A stretch of 64,000 bases of DNA, taken from IMG/VR virus record IMGVR_UViG_3300036668_000173, positions 23,313 to 87,312 of that record; one strand, written 5' to 3'. A model generated the notes under the pieces. The model was given only the letters and a program-made list of their open reading frames with translations. It ran no database searches and was not told the origin of the DNA. The translations under genes and the position numbers were made by a program. Shown here in pieces: positions 17,696 to 27,944 of this stretch (the first letter of the stretch is position 1; each line of letters opens with the position of its first letter). Origin of the DNA: a virus.

Positions 17696-20224
17696 TTGAA
17701 AGAATTTTACACGAGCGTTAATAGATTTGGTAATAGTATTTTGTATCGGGGTTACGATTCTAGTGGTCTACCTGTTACACGAAAGGATAAATTTTCACCA
17801 ACACTATACCTTCGTTCAGATGTCGAAACTCCCCATCGAACTTTAGAAGGGCACTTTGTCAAGCCTAAGAAATTTGAGACCATGAAGGACGCTAAAAACT
17901 TCATAGAGACTTATGGCGAAGTTGATAACATTACGGTGTACGGAAATACAAACTACATCACCCAATACATACACTCAAAATTTCCAGACGATATCGGGCA
18001 CTTCGACCGAAGTCTTGTGAATGTGGGTACGTTAGATTTAGAAATGTACTCGGGTGAAGGGTTTCCATATCCTGACCAAGCCAAACATCCTATATTGTCT
18101 ATGGGGTTGAAGTTGAGTAAAACCGATACCTACTATGTGTGGGGTATGCAAGATTATGATGTGTCTGATCCAGAGATTGCTCAATGTAATATAGTCTACA
18201 CAAAATGCGAAGACGAAGTGAAAATGTTATTGAACTTCCTCGACTTCTGGAATTCACCAGAAAATACTCCAGATATTCTTACTGGCTGGCACACAAAACT
18301 ATTTGATATCACATACCTAGTTAATAGGGTGTTTGGACTTCTTGGCGAAGACGCAGTAAAGAAGTTGTCGCCATTCGGTATTGTGAGCGAGCGCAAGGTC
18401 AAGACACAACACGGAACTTCTGAAGCCTACGAATTGTATGGAATACAACAACTAGACTACATGGAATTGTTTCAGAAGTTTGGCGTTCTTGAGTACGGCC
18501 CACAAGAGAACTTTAAGCTTGATAACATATCCAACGTGGTTCTGGGAGCAAACAAGTTATCATTTGATGAAGTGTCATCCCTTCACGAACTGTATGAAAG
18601 TAATTTTCAGAAATTTATAACCTATATGATACGAGACGTAGAGCTTGTCGATCGTATGGAAAAACAATTAGGATATATTACGTTAGCAATGACAATGGGG
18701 TTTCGTGGTGGCGTAAACTTTGTTGACGTGTTTGGCACGACTGCAATCTGGGAATCTATTATTTTTAGAAACCTTGCAAGCAAAAATATCGTTACTCCAC
18801 CAAGCAATAATAATGTAAAGGTACCATATGCAGGAGGATACGTAAAGGATCCTAAGGTCGGTCTGCATCGGTGGGTTGTTTCTTTTGACTTGAACTCACT
18901 ATATCCAAATATTATTGCCCAGTGGAACATTTCACCCGAAACAATAAGTGACTCTCTAGGGGGCGGATCCTTTGGGGTAGAGGCTTGCTTAAATGGCATG
19001 ATGGAAGAACAAGACCCTAATTTTGCCATAGCCATTAATGGAGTCAGATTCTCTAGAGACAAGCAGGGATTCATGCCCGAGATCATTGTAAATTATTATA
19101 ATGACCGAGTTAGCATTCGTGGCAAAATGATAACCCTAAAGAAAGAGTTAGAGTTAGTAGAATCAACTGATACACAAAAGAGGTCTCAGTTAGATCAAGA
19201 GATTAAGAGTCTGAACACCCAACAGTTGTCCATCAAGTTGTTATTGAACTCTCTTTATGGTGCATGTGGAACCCCATACTTTAAATACTTTGATCTCAGA
19301 ATTGCCGAGGCGATTACTCTTACTGGTCAATTGGTCATTCAATGGACTGAAAAAGAAATCAATAAGGCTATCAATAAAATTCTTGAGACTAATAATATAG
19401 ACTATGTGGTTGCCATGGACACGGACTCGATATACCTTAACATGGGCCCGATCGTAGACAAATTTAACCCACAAAACCCAGTAGACTTTTTAGACAAGAT
19501 TTGTGGAACTACCTTTCAGAAAATTCTCGACAATACCTACAAGGACATTTTTAAAAAGTTTAATTGCTTTGATTCGAGAATGAAAATGAAGCGGGAGTCC
19601 ATAGCCGATACAGGAATCTGGACAGCAAAGAAGAGATACATTTTAAATGTGTTGGACAACGAAGGCGTTCGGTACGCAGAGCCACAATTAAAGATTATGG
19701 GCATCGAGGCAATCAAGTCTTCGACTCCTGCAGAATGTAGAAGGGCTCTAAAAGAACTATTCAAGGTCATCATTCAGGGCTCAGAGTTGAATAGTCAAAA
19801 ATTCATACAAAACTTCAAGACAGAATTTATGGCATTGAGTCCCGAAGAGGTTTCTTTTCCAAGAGGCGTGAACGAACTAAAAAAGTATAAGGACAAGACT
19901 ACCATATTTAAGAAGGGAACTCCGATCAACTCGAGAGGGTCTCTGTTATACAATCATCACATCAAGAAAAACTCTTTGGATAAAAAGTACAATGAAATTC
20001 AGGTCGGAGAAAAGATAAAATTTTGTTATCTTAAAACTCCTAACCCTATAAAGCAAAACGTCATTGCCTACCCTGATTTTTTACCACCCGAACTAAATTT
20101 GCATAAGTACGTAGACTATGAAACACAATTTCAAAAGACTTTTGTTAAACCCATACAACCAATATTTGATGCCATTGGTTGGAAGGTTAAGAGGACAGTA
20201 TCTCTAGAGGATTTTTTCGAGTAG
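17696..20224 (+). CDS. gp43: Family B DNA polymerase gp43
   Basis: ExoI LDLE, SFDLNSLYP, KLLLNSLYG, MDTDS and KKRY. Probable TTG start after a GGGGAG SD (ORF track starts at 17663). Confidence 0.96.
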   Translation: MKEFYTSVNRFGNSILYRGYDSSGLPVTRKDKFSPTLYLRSDVETPHRTLEGHFVKPKKFETMKDAKNFIETYGEVDNITVYGNTNYITQYIHSKFPDDIGHFDRSLVNVGTLDLEMYSGEGFPYPDQAKHPILSMGLKLSKTDTYYVWGMQDYDVSDPEIAQCNIVYTKCEDEVKMLLNFLDFWNSPENTPDILTGWHTKLFDITYLVNRVFGLLGEDAVKKLSPFGIVSERKVKTQHGTSEAYELYGIQQLDYMELFQKFGVLEYGPQENFKLDNISNVVLGANKLSFDEVSSLHELYESNFQKFITYMIRDVELVDRMEKQLGYITLAMTMGFRGGVNFVDVFGTTAIWESIIFRNLASKNIVTPPSNNNVKVPYAGGYVKDPKVGLHRWVVSFDLNSLYPNIIAQWNISPETISDSLGGGSFGVEACLNGMMEEQDPNFAIAINGVRFSRDKQGFMPEIIVNYYNDRVSIRGKMITLKKELELVESTDTQKRSQLDQEIKSLNTQQLSIKLLLNSLYGACGTPYFKYFDLRIAEAITLTGQLVIQWTEKEINKAINKILETNNIDYVVAMDTDSIYLNMGPIVDKFNPQNPVDFLDKICGTTFQKILDNTYKDIFKKFNCFDSRMKMKRESIADTGIWTAKKRYILNVLDNEGVRYAEPQLKIMGIEAIKSSTPAECRRALKELFKVIIQGSELNSQKFIQNFKTEFMALSPEEVSFPRGVNELKKYKDKTTIFKKGTPINSRGSLLYNHHIKKNSLDKKYNEIQVGEKIKFCYLKTPNPIKQNVIAYPDFLPPELNLHKYVDYETQFQKTFVKPIQPIFDAIGWKVKRTVSLEDFFE

Positions 20225-20268
20225 TGTTATAATAGTTTAAATTTAAATTTTGATAGGCACTCTACATT

Positions 20269-21225
20269 ATGATTCAATTGACAATATTTAAAAATCTTTA
20301 TGATAACAAAACAGAAAAGGGAATGACTCTAAAGTCTTTTGATGATTTTGAGAACCTATTAATTTCTTTGTCTTCAGAAAAAAAGAAAAGCAAAAAGGAT
20401 TCTAACCTAATCTCACCAGCCTGTTATCTCGAAGGCACAGACAAAAGGCGTAATGACAACGTAACCTATTGGGGTGGTTGGGGCGCTATGGACGTAGACG
20501 ACCATGATTTTGACCCAAACAATTTAGAAGAACAACTAAAGGATCGATATGGTAAATATCGTTATGTTGTTTATTCTACGGCATCCAGCACACTTGAAAA
20601 ACCAAAGTTTAGGCTAATATTTGCTTTGACCGAAAATGTTTTAGTAAATGACATTAAACCATTTTGGTATGCCCTCAATCAAAAGATTGAAAAGATTGGT
20701 GACGAGCAGACAAAGGACTTGTCTCGAATGTATTACATACCCGCGCAATATGAGGGGGCAAACAATTTCATTTTTAGTAATCAAGGGGACTACCTAGACC
20801 CAAAAACTTTAATAAAAGAATTCCCTTATCCATTTGATGTCGTAGATCCAAAGAAAGGTTTTGTCGACCGACTACCCGAATCTATAAAAGAACGAGTGTA
20901 CGAGTACAAGAAGAACACCCTGACAAAAAAGGATGATGTTGTATGGAGCAGTTATAGAAACTGTCCTTTTGTCAATCAGAAACTTATTGAGAATTATAGG
21001 AATATATCTGGCGTGGATAATTCTGGTCGATACGCTATGATCTATAAAATTATTGTTTCGATTGCATTGAGTGCCATAAAAAATCAATATGCCATAGACT
21101 CTTATCAGATTATTGACCTTATCCGAGAGCTTGATGCCGAGACAGGGAATAGGTATAAGAAAAGAAAATTAGAGGTTGAAGTGGATCGTGCCCTAGAGTA
21201 TGCCTACAAGAATATAGGAAATTGA
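20269..21225 (+). CDS. Putative archaeo-eukaryotic primase/prim-pol-like protein
   Basis: RRNDNV, MDVDD (DxD), YSTASS...PKFRLIF and KDLSRMYYIP; helical C-terminal domain. Confidence 0.65.
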   Translation: MIQLTIFKNLYDNKTEKGMTLKSFDDFENLLISLSSEKKKSKKDSNLISPACYLEGTDKRRNDNVTYWGGWGAMDVDDHDFDPNNLEEQLKDRYGKYRYVVYSTASSTLEKPKFRLIFALTENVLVNDIKPFWYALNQKIEKIGDEQTKDLSRMYYIPAQYEGANNFIFSNQGDYLDPKTLIKEFPYPFDVVDPKKGFVDRLPESIKERVYEYKKNTLTKKDDVVWSSYRNCPFVNQKLIENYRNISGVDNSGRYAMIYKIIVSIALSAIKNQYAIDSYQIIDLIRELDAETGNRYKKRKLEVEVDRALEYAYKNIGN

Positions 21226-21228
21226 ACA

Positions 21229-21687
21229 ATGGGAAAATTTACAGATCAAAAATGGATCGATCGTTACCTAGGGTTAGCCCGAGAAGTGTCTACGTGGTCA
21301 AAGGATCCGTCGCGTAAGATTGGTGCAGTCGCGGTGTCGGCTACAGGCCAGGTGTTGTCTACTGGTTACAATGGGTTCCCTAAGGGCATCATAGATTTAA
21401 AAGAAAGGTACGATGATAGACCAACTAAGTATAGGTATGTTGTTCATGCCGAAATGAATTGTATCTATAATGCAACCTATAACGGAACGTCTCTTTATGG
21501 TTCTTCTATGTTTGTGTGGGGTCTTCCAATTTGCTCAGAGTGTGCAAAGGGATTGATACAAGTAGGCATTAAAAACCTCTATTGGAAAAGTGGTGAAGAA
21601 AGTGTACCAGTTTCGTGGGTAGAGTCTTTTGAATTCACAAAAGAACTTTTAGACGAAGCAGGTATTTTTATAGATCAAGTGGTATAA
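21229..21687 (+). CDS. cd: dCMP deaminase
   Basis: SKDPSRKIGAV, GYNGFP, HAEMN and PICSECAK zinc motifs. Confidence 0.92.
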   Translation: MGKFTDQKWIDRYLGLAREVSTWSKDPSRKIGAVAVSATGQVLSTGYNGFPKGIIDLKERYDDRPTKYRYVVHAEMNCIYNATYNGTSLYGSSMFVWGLPICSECAKGLIQVGIKNLYWKSGEESVPVSWVESFEFTKELLDEAGIFIDQVV

Positions 21688-21720
21688 TGTACCACCTCAA
21701 TTATTATGGAGAAACAAATT

Positions 21721-22824
21721 ATGTCGTTGATGGATAAACTTAAAAAGAACTCTACTATCAAAGACGCTTCGATTTTGTCGACGTCTAAGTTTTTTACAAA
21801 AAAGGATATGATAAGCACATCAATTCCTGCCCTGAACGTTGCGCTTTCGGGTAGGCTTGATGGTGGCTACGTCCCTGGGGTTACCCTCTTCTGTGGGCCC
21901 TCAAAACATTTCAAATCCATGTTCTCGCTCATAATGGCAAAGTCCTACATGGACAAATACCCAGACTCGGTTATGCTTTTTTATGACTGTGAGTTCGGAA
22001 CCCCTTTAGCCTATTTTGAATCTTTGCAGATCGATACATCAAGGATTATTCACGTTCCTATTATGAACATGGAAGAATTCAAATTTGATGTCATCAAGCA
22101 GTTAGAGAACATTGCTCGCGGTGACAAGGTGGTCATTGTTGTAGACTCACTTGGTAATATGTCTAGCAAAAAAGAAATGGACGATGCGATTGACGGAAAA
22201 TCTGTTATTGACATGTCACGAGCCAAGCAGATGAAATCAATTTTCCGTATGATTACTCCATACTTAACACGGTTAGACATTCCTTTGATTGCAGTAAATC
22301 ACATTTATATGGAACAGGGTTTATATCCAAAGGCAATCATTTCGGGTGGCACAGGAATTTATTTAAGCTCAGACAATATTTTTATTCTGGGTCGACAACA
22401 GGAAAAGGAAGGAACCGAAGTCGCGGGGTATAACTTTATCATCAATGTAGAAAAATCAAGACACGTTCGTGAAAAGTCTAAGATTCCAATTACGGTCATG
22501 TTCGAAGGTGGTCTTTCACGTTGGTCTGGTCTCATTGAAATGGCTCTAGAATCTGGTCATGTTATCAAGCCATCCAATGGTTGGTACTCAAAGGTCAACG
22601 TCGAAACAGGAGAAGTAGAAGAGAAGAAGTACCGATTAAAAGATACAGACACAAAAGATTTTTGGATGTCTATTCTTATGACAAAGTCTTTTCAAGAGTG
22701 GGTCAAAACGAACTATCAGATATCTGGTGCTCAGATGATGAAAGATGACGACATCGATAAACACCTAGCAGAAATTGAGGACGATGAGGATGAAGATATT
22801 TTAAGAGAGGAAACAGAGGCATGA
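21721..22824 (+). CDS. uvsX: UvsX RecA-like recombinase
   Basis: GPSKHFKS, YDCEFG, DSLGNM, DMSRAK and SGGTG. Confidence 0.95.
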   Translation: MSLMDKLKKNSTIKDASILSTSKFFTKKDMISTSIPALNVALSGRLDGGYVPGVTLFCGPSKHFKSMFSLIMAKSYMDKYPDSVMLFYDCEFGTPLAYFESLQIDTSRIIHVPIMNMEEFKFDVIKQLENIARGDKVVIVVDSLGNMSSKKEMDDAIDGKSVIDMSRAKQMKSIFRMITPYLTRLDIPLIAVNHIYMEQGLYPKAIISGGTGIYLSSDNIFILGRQQEKEGTEVAGYNFIINVEKSRHVREKSKIPITVMFEGGLSRWSGLIEMALESGHVIKPSNGWYSKVNVETGEVEEKKYRLKDTDTKDFWMSILMTKSFQEWVKTNYQISGAQMMKDDDIDKHLAEIEDDEDEDILREETEA

Positions 22825-23189
22825 TCACCAACGCAGACTATATTTTTGTTGAACGAAATCCTGATGAGACGAGCTATGTTAAGTTAACAGGTGAGTCCCC
22901 ATGGAATGGTACTGTTTTTCAGTACGGTAAATTAGCTTTGCACGAAAACATTGAAGCAGATTTTATGGAATTGAGTTTCACGTATAATGTTATAGAATCA
23001 CCTCTTCGAAAAGAAATGTTAGAAGAAGACGTTAACTTTAAAAATTATATCGGTGAAGTTCTAGGGCATATTATCGATGATGCAGTAAACACAGGAGAGT
23101 ATCAGATTGGAACACGAGACAACAAATCAACAAGCCCAACACGCGACACAACTTCAGGAGCTAATCTTAAAGAATCTGATAACGAATGA
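22821..23189 (+). CDS. gp40-like protein (head vertex assembly chaperone position)
   Basis: Lies between uvsX and gp41 as in T4; QYGKL...LSFTYNV...FKNYIGEVL pattern. Confidence 0.5.
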   Translation: MITNADYIFVERNPDETSYVKLTGESPWNGTVFQYGKLALHENIEADFMELSFTYNVIESPLRKEMLEEDVNFKNYIGEVLGHIIDDAVNTGEYQIGTRDNKSTSPTRDTTSGANLKESDNE

Positions 23190-24501
23190 AACCTTCACCC
23201 GAAGAGTTATTCCGTTTTTGAATCGTGAATACTTTGATTCGTCATACGGAGAAGTATTTAAAGAGGTTGTTAAGTTTGTAGACAAGTACAATAAACTACC
23301 TACACCCGAATCATTAACAGTAGAGCTTTCGGAGTCTGCTTCAAATGAAGTAATGAGTTTGGTTAAATTAATATCTCAGCCACAAGAGGTTGCCTGTGAT
23401 ACCGAATGGTTGATTGACTCCACAGAAAAGTGGTGTCAAGACAAGGCGATTTATTTAGCCATCATGGAATCTATCTCTATCATTGATGGAACACACAAGA
23501 CTTTAGCCAAGACCGCTTTACCAGATCTTCTGAGCAATGCTCTTGGCGTTTCCTTTGATTCAAATATCGGACATGACTACATTAAGGACTCGAGCGCTCG
23601 GTATGACTACTATCACCGAACCGAGTCGAGAGTTCCATTTGATCTAGATTACTTCAATAAAATTACAAAGGGTGGTTTGCCTAACAAGACATTGAATATT
23701 ATATTAGCGTCGACAGGCGTAGGTAAGAGTTTGTTCATGACCCATACATCTGCTTCGGCTCTTATGGATGGTCGAAACGTTTTGTACCTTACCATGGAAA
23801 TGTCCGAAGAGAAAATTGCCGAACGCATTGACGCAAACCTTATGAACGTGCCACTAGATTCGTTAGAGGGCATGACACGTGACACCTTCAAAACCAAGAT
23901 TGATAAAATTGCTCAGAGAAATATCGGTAAGCTAATCATCAAAGAGTACCCTACAGGATCTGCTCATGTAGGACACTTTCGGGCATTGCTCAATGAACTC
24001 AAGATGAAGAAAAAGTTTGTGCCCCATATAATCATGATCGACTATTTAAATATTTGCTCGTCTTCAAGGATGAAGGGCATGGGTGGTGCCATTAATTCAT
24101 ATGCATACATCAAATCAATCTCAGAAGAAATACGAGGGCTTGCAGTAGAGTTTGATGTCCCTATCCTTACCGCGACCCAATCCAATCGAGACGGTTTGTC
24201 TAATACTGATGTCGATCTGAGCAATACCAGCGATAGTTTTGGAACCCCTATGTCAGCAGATTTAATGTTTGCTCTCATTTCAACCGAAGAGCTAGAAGGT
24301 ATGGGTCAAATCATGGTCAAGCAATTAAAGAATCGATACAATGACCTATCAAAGCATAAGCGTTTCGTGATCGGTGTGGATCGTGCCAAGATGAAACTGT
24401 ATGACGTAGAGACTTCTGCTCAAACTCTTGTACAAGATACACCGAGTTATGATAACTCCCCGAAGTCCTCAAACGATAAATTTTCAGGATTCAAAGTATG
24501 A
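23107..24501 (+). CDS. gp41: Replicative DnaB-like helicase gp41
   Basis: ASTGVGKS, TMEMSEEKIAERIDA, IDYLNIC and KQLKNRY. Confidence 0.96.
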   Translation: MEHETTNQQAQHATQLQELILKNLITNETFTRRVIPFLNREYFDSSYGEVFKEVVKFVDKYNKLPTPESLTVELSESASNEVMSLVKLISQPQEVACDTEWLIDSTEKWCQDKAIYLAIMESISIIDGTHKTLAKTALPDLLSNALGVSFDSNIGHDYIKDSSARYDYYHRTESRVPFDLDYFNKITKGGLPNKTLNIILASTGVGKSLFMTHTSASALMDGRNVLYLTMEMSEEKIAERIDANLMNVPLDSLEGMTRDTFKTKIDKIAQRNIGKLIIKEYPTGSAHVGHFRALLNELKMKKKFVPHIIMIDYLNICSSSRMKGMGGAINSYAYIKSISEEIRGLAVEFDVPILTATQSNRDGLSNTDVDLSNTSDSFGTPMSADLMFALISTEELEGMGQIMVKQLKNRYNDLSKHKRFVIGVDRAKMKLYDVETSAQTLVQDTPSYDNSPKSSNDKFSGFKV

Positions 24502-24884
24502 ACAAGACCTATACTCGAACTATAAGTAAGGATGGTAGCATCTCTTTGCCTAAAAAGGTAGTCAAGCTATTAAGAGTAAAACCTAATGATCAAATTAAGT
24601 TTGTGGATAACATGGATGGTAGTCTTATGCTTATGAGTGATTTTTTGATGGAAGATGGATATGTAGAAATATCTAAATTGGAAAGTGGGGACATGAAAAG
24701 ATATGCAAGACTCTATATTTGCAAATCAAAAGATCACTATATTGTAGATATGTACGAAAATAGTAGGCTAACATATTCTAGAAAGATTTCTGGTACGCAC
24801 ACTCAAAACTATGTAGAAGACTGTGCTGAAAATTGGATTTTAAAATGTGGAGAATTTAAAAATGAAAGTAATGATACAAAATAA
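24498..24884 (+). CDS. AbrB-like N-terminal domain fused to a conserved hypothetical domain
   Basis: ISKDGSISLPKKVVKLLRVKPNDQIKF swapped-hairpin pattern; C-terminal VEDCAENW. Confidence 0.55.
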   Translation: MNKTYTRTISKDGSISLPKKVVKLLRVKPNDQIKFVDNMDGSLMLMSDFLMEDGYVEISKLESGDMKRYARLYICKSKDHYIVDMYENSRLTYSRKISGTHTQNYVEDCAENWILKCGEFKNESNDTK

Positions 24885-25041
24885 TTCAGGATACAGTTTA
24901 AGCGTGTCTAAAGAAAAGACTAAAGTCGATATGTTTGAAATTGTTTTTCATCGAACCGTGTTGGGAGAAGACCCAAGAACCAATACTTTTTATTTTACCG
25001 AAAATCAATTGAAAACCCTTTCCGAGGTACTGATGAAATGA
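24862..25041 (+). CDS. Hypothetical protein
   Basis: GGAG SD; overlaps the thyX start. Confidence 0.55.
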   Translation: MKVMIQNNSGYSLSVSKEKTKVDMFEIVFHRTVLGEDPRTNTFYFTENQLKTLSEVLMK

Positions 25042-25709
25042 AAGTAAAACTTGTATCGTACTCACAACCAACAGAAGATTTTATCGGCGATGGGCTAACC
25101 AACTTACAAGACTTAGTTGCATATTGTGCAAGGGTGTCTAATCCCTCTAATCAACTGAACAAGGACACCAATGAAAAATTGATCAAGTATCTTATTAAGA
25201 ATAAGCATTGGAGCCCACTCGAGATGGTTTCTGTTTGCATGGAAGTCGAAACAACTCGAGATATTGCCAGACAGTTTTTGCGGCATAGATCCTTCTCTTT
25301 TCAGGAATTTAGCCAAAGATATGCAGATCCTACCAAAGACTTGGATTTTGTGATTCGAGAAGTTCGATTACAGGATACTACGAATAGACAAAACTCTATT
25401 GGTATAGATCTTCAAACTGACGACGGTAGAAGGCTTTCATGGATGTTCGAGGCTCAACAACTAAAGGTTATTGAAGCCGCGAAAACTGCCTACGCTTGGG
25501 CGATCGAAAACGGCATTGCCAAGGAACAGGCTCGAGCAGTTTTACCAGAAGGCTTGACCGTTTCGCGCATGTACGTGAATGGTACCCTTAGGTCTTGGAT
25601 CCACTACTGTGAGCTTAGGTCTGCTAATGGTACACAGTTAGAACACATCGAGATCGCCAAGGCATGTAGTGAGGTCATCGCCAAGGTGTTTCCCCTGATC
25701 AACGAATAA
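25038..25709 (+). CDS. thyX: Flavin-dependent thymidylate synthase ThyX
   Basis: RHRSFSFQEFSQRY signature, HWSPLE and EQARAVLP. Confidence 0.96.
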   Translation: MKVKLVSYSQPTEDFIGDGLTNLQDLVAYCARVSNPSNQLNKDTNEKLIKYLIKNKHWSPLEMVSVCMEVETTRDIARQFLRHRSFSFQEFSQRYADPTKDLDFVIREVRLQDTTNRQNSIGIDLQTDDGRRLSWMFEAQQLKVIEAAKTAYAWAIENGIAKEQARAVLPEGLTVSRMYVNGTLRSWIHYCELRSANGTQLEHIEIAKACSEVIAKVFPLINE

Positions 25710-25728
25710 GGACAAACGCCCGTTGTTC

Positions 25729-25772
25729 ATCTACACACAAGGTATAAAAAATAGTATACCTTGTGTGTAGAT
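25729..25772. repeat. Perfect 18-bp inverted repeat with an 8-nt loop
   Basis: ATCTACACACAAGGTATA / TATACCTTGTGTGTAGAT; no U tract on either strand. Confidence 0.9.
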
Positions 25773-25817
25773 TCGTGTACAATTAACGTATAGATAACCA
25801 AACATATAAATATACAC

Positions 25818-26831
25818 ATGAAAACCTTTAAATCCTTCCTAGCCGAGCAAGTCAAAATTTCTACCAGAGAACAGGTAGAATCAATCATTGCTTCGTATAA
25901 AAACGCCAGCGAGATATTGAATCCTGACTATCAGAATTTAGCTCAGAGAGCAAATAACATATTGTCAAGATATTCGGAATTGGCTAAAAAACCTGTATGG
26001 GATTATTTCAGAGATCTACGTCAATATGACGAGGTCACTGATTTAGACTATGGATGGGGTATTGGTTTATCTTTAAATGGTTTGTCGACCTTCGAGAAAA
26101 AATTAGATAAAATTAAAAAGACGAAATACCCAGCCGAAGTAAGTGGCGTTGTAAAAAAAATTGTTTCTGTTGCCGATAATATCTTGAGCGATTGGAAACA
26201 AATCTCTATTGACATGAAAGCCTTAAAGCTCAAAGTCGTAAAGGTTACTGTAAAGCGTCAACAAGAAAAAGAAGTCAAGACAGAAATACTTAAAGGTAAG
26301 TTTCGTGATTCTTCTTCCTTGATAAAAGTACTCGAGAGTCATTTAGAAGAGTATAAGGAAAGGGCTAGAACAGAGTCTACGAAATTTGTTAAATCTAAGC
26401 TCGATGCGCTGGCCGCAAAAAATTGGGATTTAAGTGTCGTGGCACCTCGACCAAATAGTAATAATTCGAGAGAAGAATATATGAGAGCAATTGCTCGTAG
26501 ATCTATCTATGAGTTATTGACTGATTCAAAAGATAAAACGCCACGATCCACATCAGATGTTCGTGTAGTTCGCGAATTGGGTGTTGCTAAATATATCAAA
26601 GATAGCGTAGACGGAGCCGAGCAAAGCTATCGGGAGTTTATGCAAAAGATGATCGAGAAAATTGGCAAGCCAGTTGTAACTGCGAAGTTTTTGGGTAACA
26701 TCTGGACAGGTTCAGTTCTTGATGTCGTAACAAACGATGGCGAAAGTCAGCGCTGGAACACTAAGATGATCATTAACTTTTCAAAGTATCAGAAGATGTT
26801 TAATCAGTTTCCTACAACCAGAAAAAAATAA
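25818..26831 (+). CDS. Putative internal virion protein with a capsid-targeting sequence
   Basis: MKTFKSFLAE resembles T4 IPII/IPIII MKTYQEFIAE; TATAAATA at 25805-25812. Confidence 0.7.
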   Translation: MKTFKSFLAEQVKISTREQVESIIASYKNASEILNPDYQNLAQRANNILSRYSELAKKPVWDYFRDLRQYDEVTDLDYGWGIGLSLNGLSTFEKKLDKIKKTKYPAEVSGVVKKIVSVADNILSDWKQISIDMKALKLKVVKVTVKRQQEKEVKTEILKGKFRDSSSLIKVLESHLEEYKERARTESTKFVKSKLDALAAKNWDLSVVAPRPNSNNSREEYMRAIARRSIYELLTDSKDKTPRSTSDVRVVRELGVAKYIKDSVDGAEQSYREFMQKMIEKIGKPVVTAKFLGNIWTGSVLDVVTNDGESQRWNTKMIINFSKYQKMFNQFPTTRKK

Positions 26832-26849
26832 TAAAATAAGGGTTTTAAC

Positions 26850-27581
26850 ATGTTAGATATAATTTCGTTTTCTTCTTTTGTGGCATTGCAGGAGGGTGTA
26901 GTAAACCCTGCAATGCTTGGCGATAAAGATATACAAAAATTAGATAAAATGTTAAAGAACCCTAGGGCAAGTGAAATAGAAAAAAGAGACTCCTTGGCTA
27001 GTATACATGCCAAATATTTGCCCCTGATTACAAGTGTGATGAATAAGTTCCAATCTCAGGTCAAACGAGAAATGGGAAACCTACCAAAGGTAAAGTTTTT
27101 AGCAGGAACCAAGCCCTTCGAGTCTCTTATATCTAAAGTGATTTCCCGAGGAAAGAAAATATCAGAGATAAACGACCTAGTTCGTGGGGCAGTTCTATTT
27201 GACACCAAGGAACAAGCAGACGCCTTTGTTAAGAATTTCACTAGGAGAAACTCCTCTAATGTGGTAGAATATGAAGTGAAGGATAAGGGTTCAGACACTA
27301 CGTATGGTTATTTTGGTTCTCACCATATAGGGCTCAATATTGATGGTATAATTGTTGAGCTACAAGTGATGACCCGAAAGCTTTGGAATTACAAAGGCTC
27401 GGCACACGTTATTTACAACAATACCCGAGAAAAAAAGGGAGGCCCTAATAAGTTTGACATTTCTCAGTCTAAGAAAATCTTTGCTTTAGGGAATCGTCCC
27501 GGCTATGTAAAAGATGATTGGGATTTAAGTGAGCTAGAAGTTATTCTGGAAACTAACGATGAAGCACCGTTTCGATATTGA
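26850..27581 (+). CDS. RelA/SpoT-family small alarmone synthetase-like nucleotidyltransferase
   Basis: KPFESLISK, INDLVRG, GYFGSHH, ELQVMT and AHVIY match Syn1-Syn5-like motifs. Confidence 0.75.
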   Translation: MLDIISFSSFVALQEGVVNPAMLGDKDIQKLDKMLKNPRASEIEKRDSLASIHAKYLPLITSVMNKFQSQVKREMGNLPKVKFLAGTKPFESLISKVISRGKKISEINDLVRGAVLFDTKEQADAFVKNFTRRNSSNVVEYEVKDKGSDTTYGYFGSHHIGLNIDGIIVELQVMTRKLWNYKGSAHVIYNNTREKKGGPNKFDISQSKKIFALGNRPGYVKDDWDLSELEVILETNDEAPFRY

Positions 27582-27942
27582 TAAATTAAGTTATGTTGCC
27601 GAATTTGTCGGTGATCATGAGTTCATATTTTATGTAGATGTGGTTGAGTCAAAAATAAACCCCTATGTTATGTCTAAGGAGTGTTTAAGTTTTGGAGATG
27701 TGTCTCCCTTAAAGATTTTTAGTAAGATTGACTCTAAGGATGTCTTTAAGATTAAAAGTCACTTGGCTAAATTTATAGATAGCGTCTTAAGTCGATATGA
27801 TCCTTATTACTTCTTCTATCGAGCAAACGAGGATCATAAGCGCTCGGTGTACTACAAATTCGGTCTTTACATTGCAAAAAAATACGGCTATAATATGTAT
27901 GTAGATGACGTATTGGGTAAATTTAGTTTTTATAAGAGTTAA
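27559..27942 (+). CDS. Hypothetical protein
   Basis: 127-aa ORF overlapping the synthetase stop. Confidence 0.55.
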   Translation: MKHRFDIDKLSYVAEFVGDHEFIFYVDVVESKINPYVMSKECLSFGDVSPLKIFSKIDSKDVFKIKSHLAKFIDSVLSRYDPYYFFYRANEDHKRSVYYKFGLYIAKKYGYNMYVDDVLGKFSFYKS

Positions 27943-27944
27943 AT

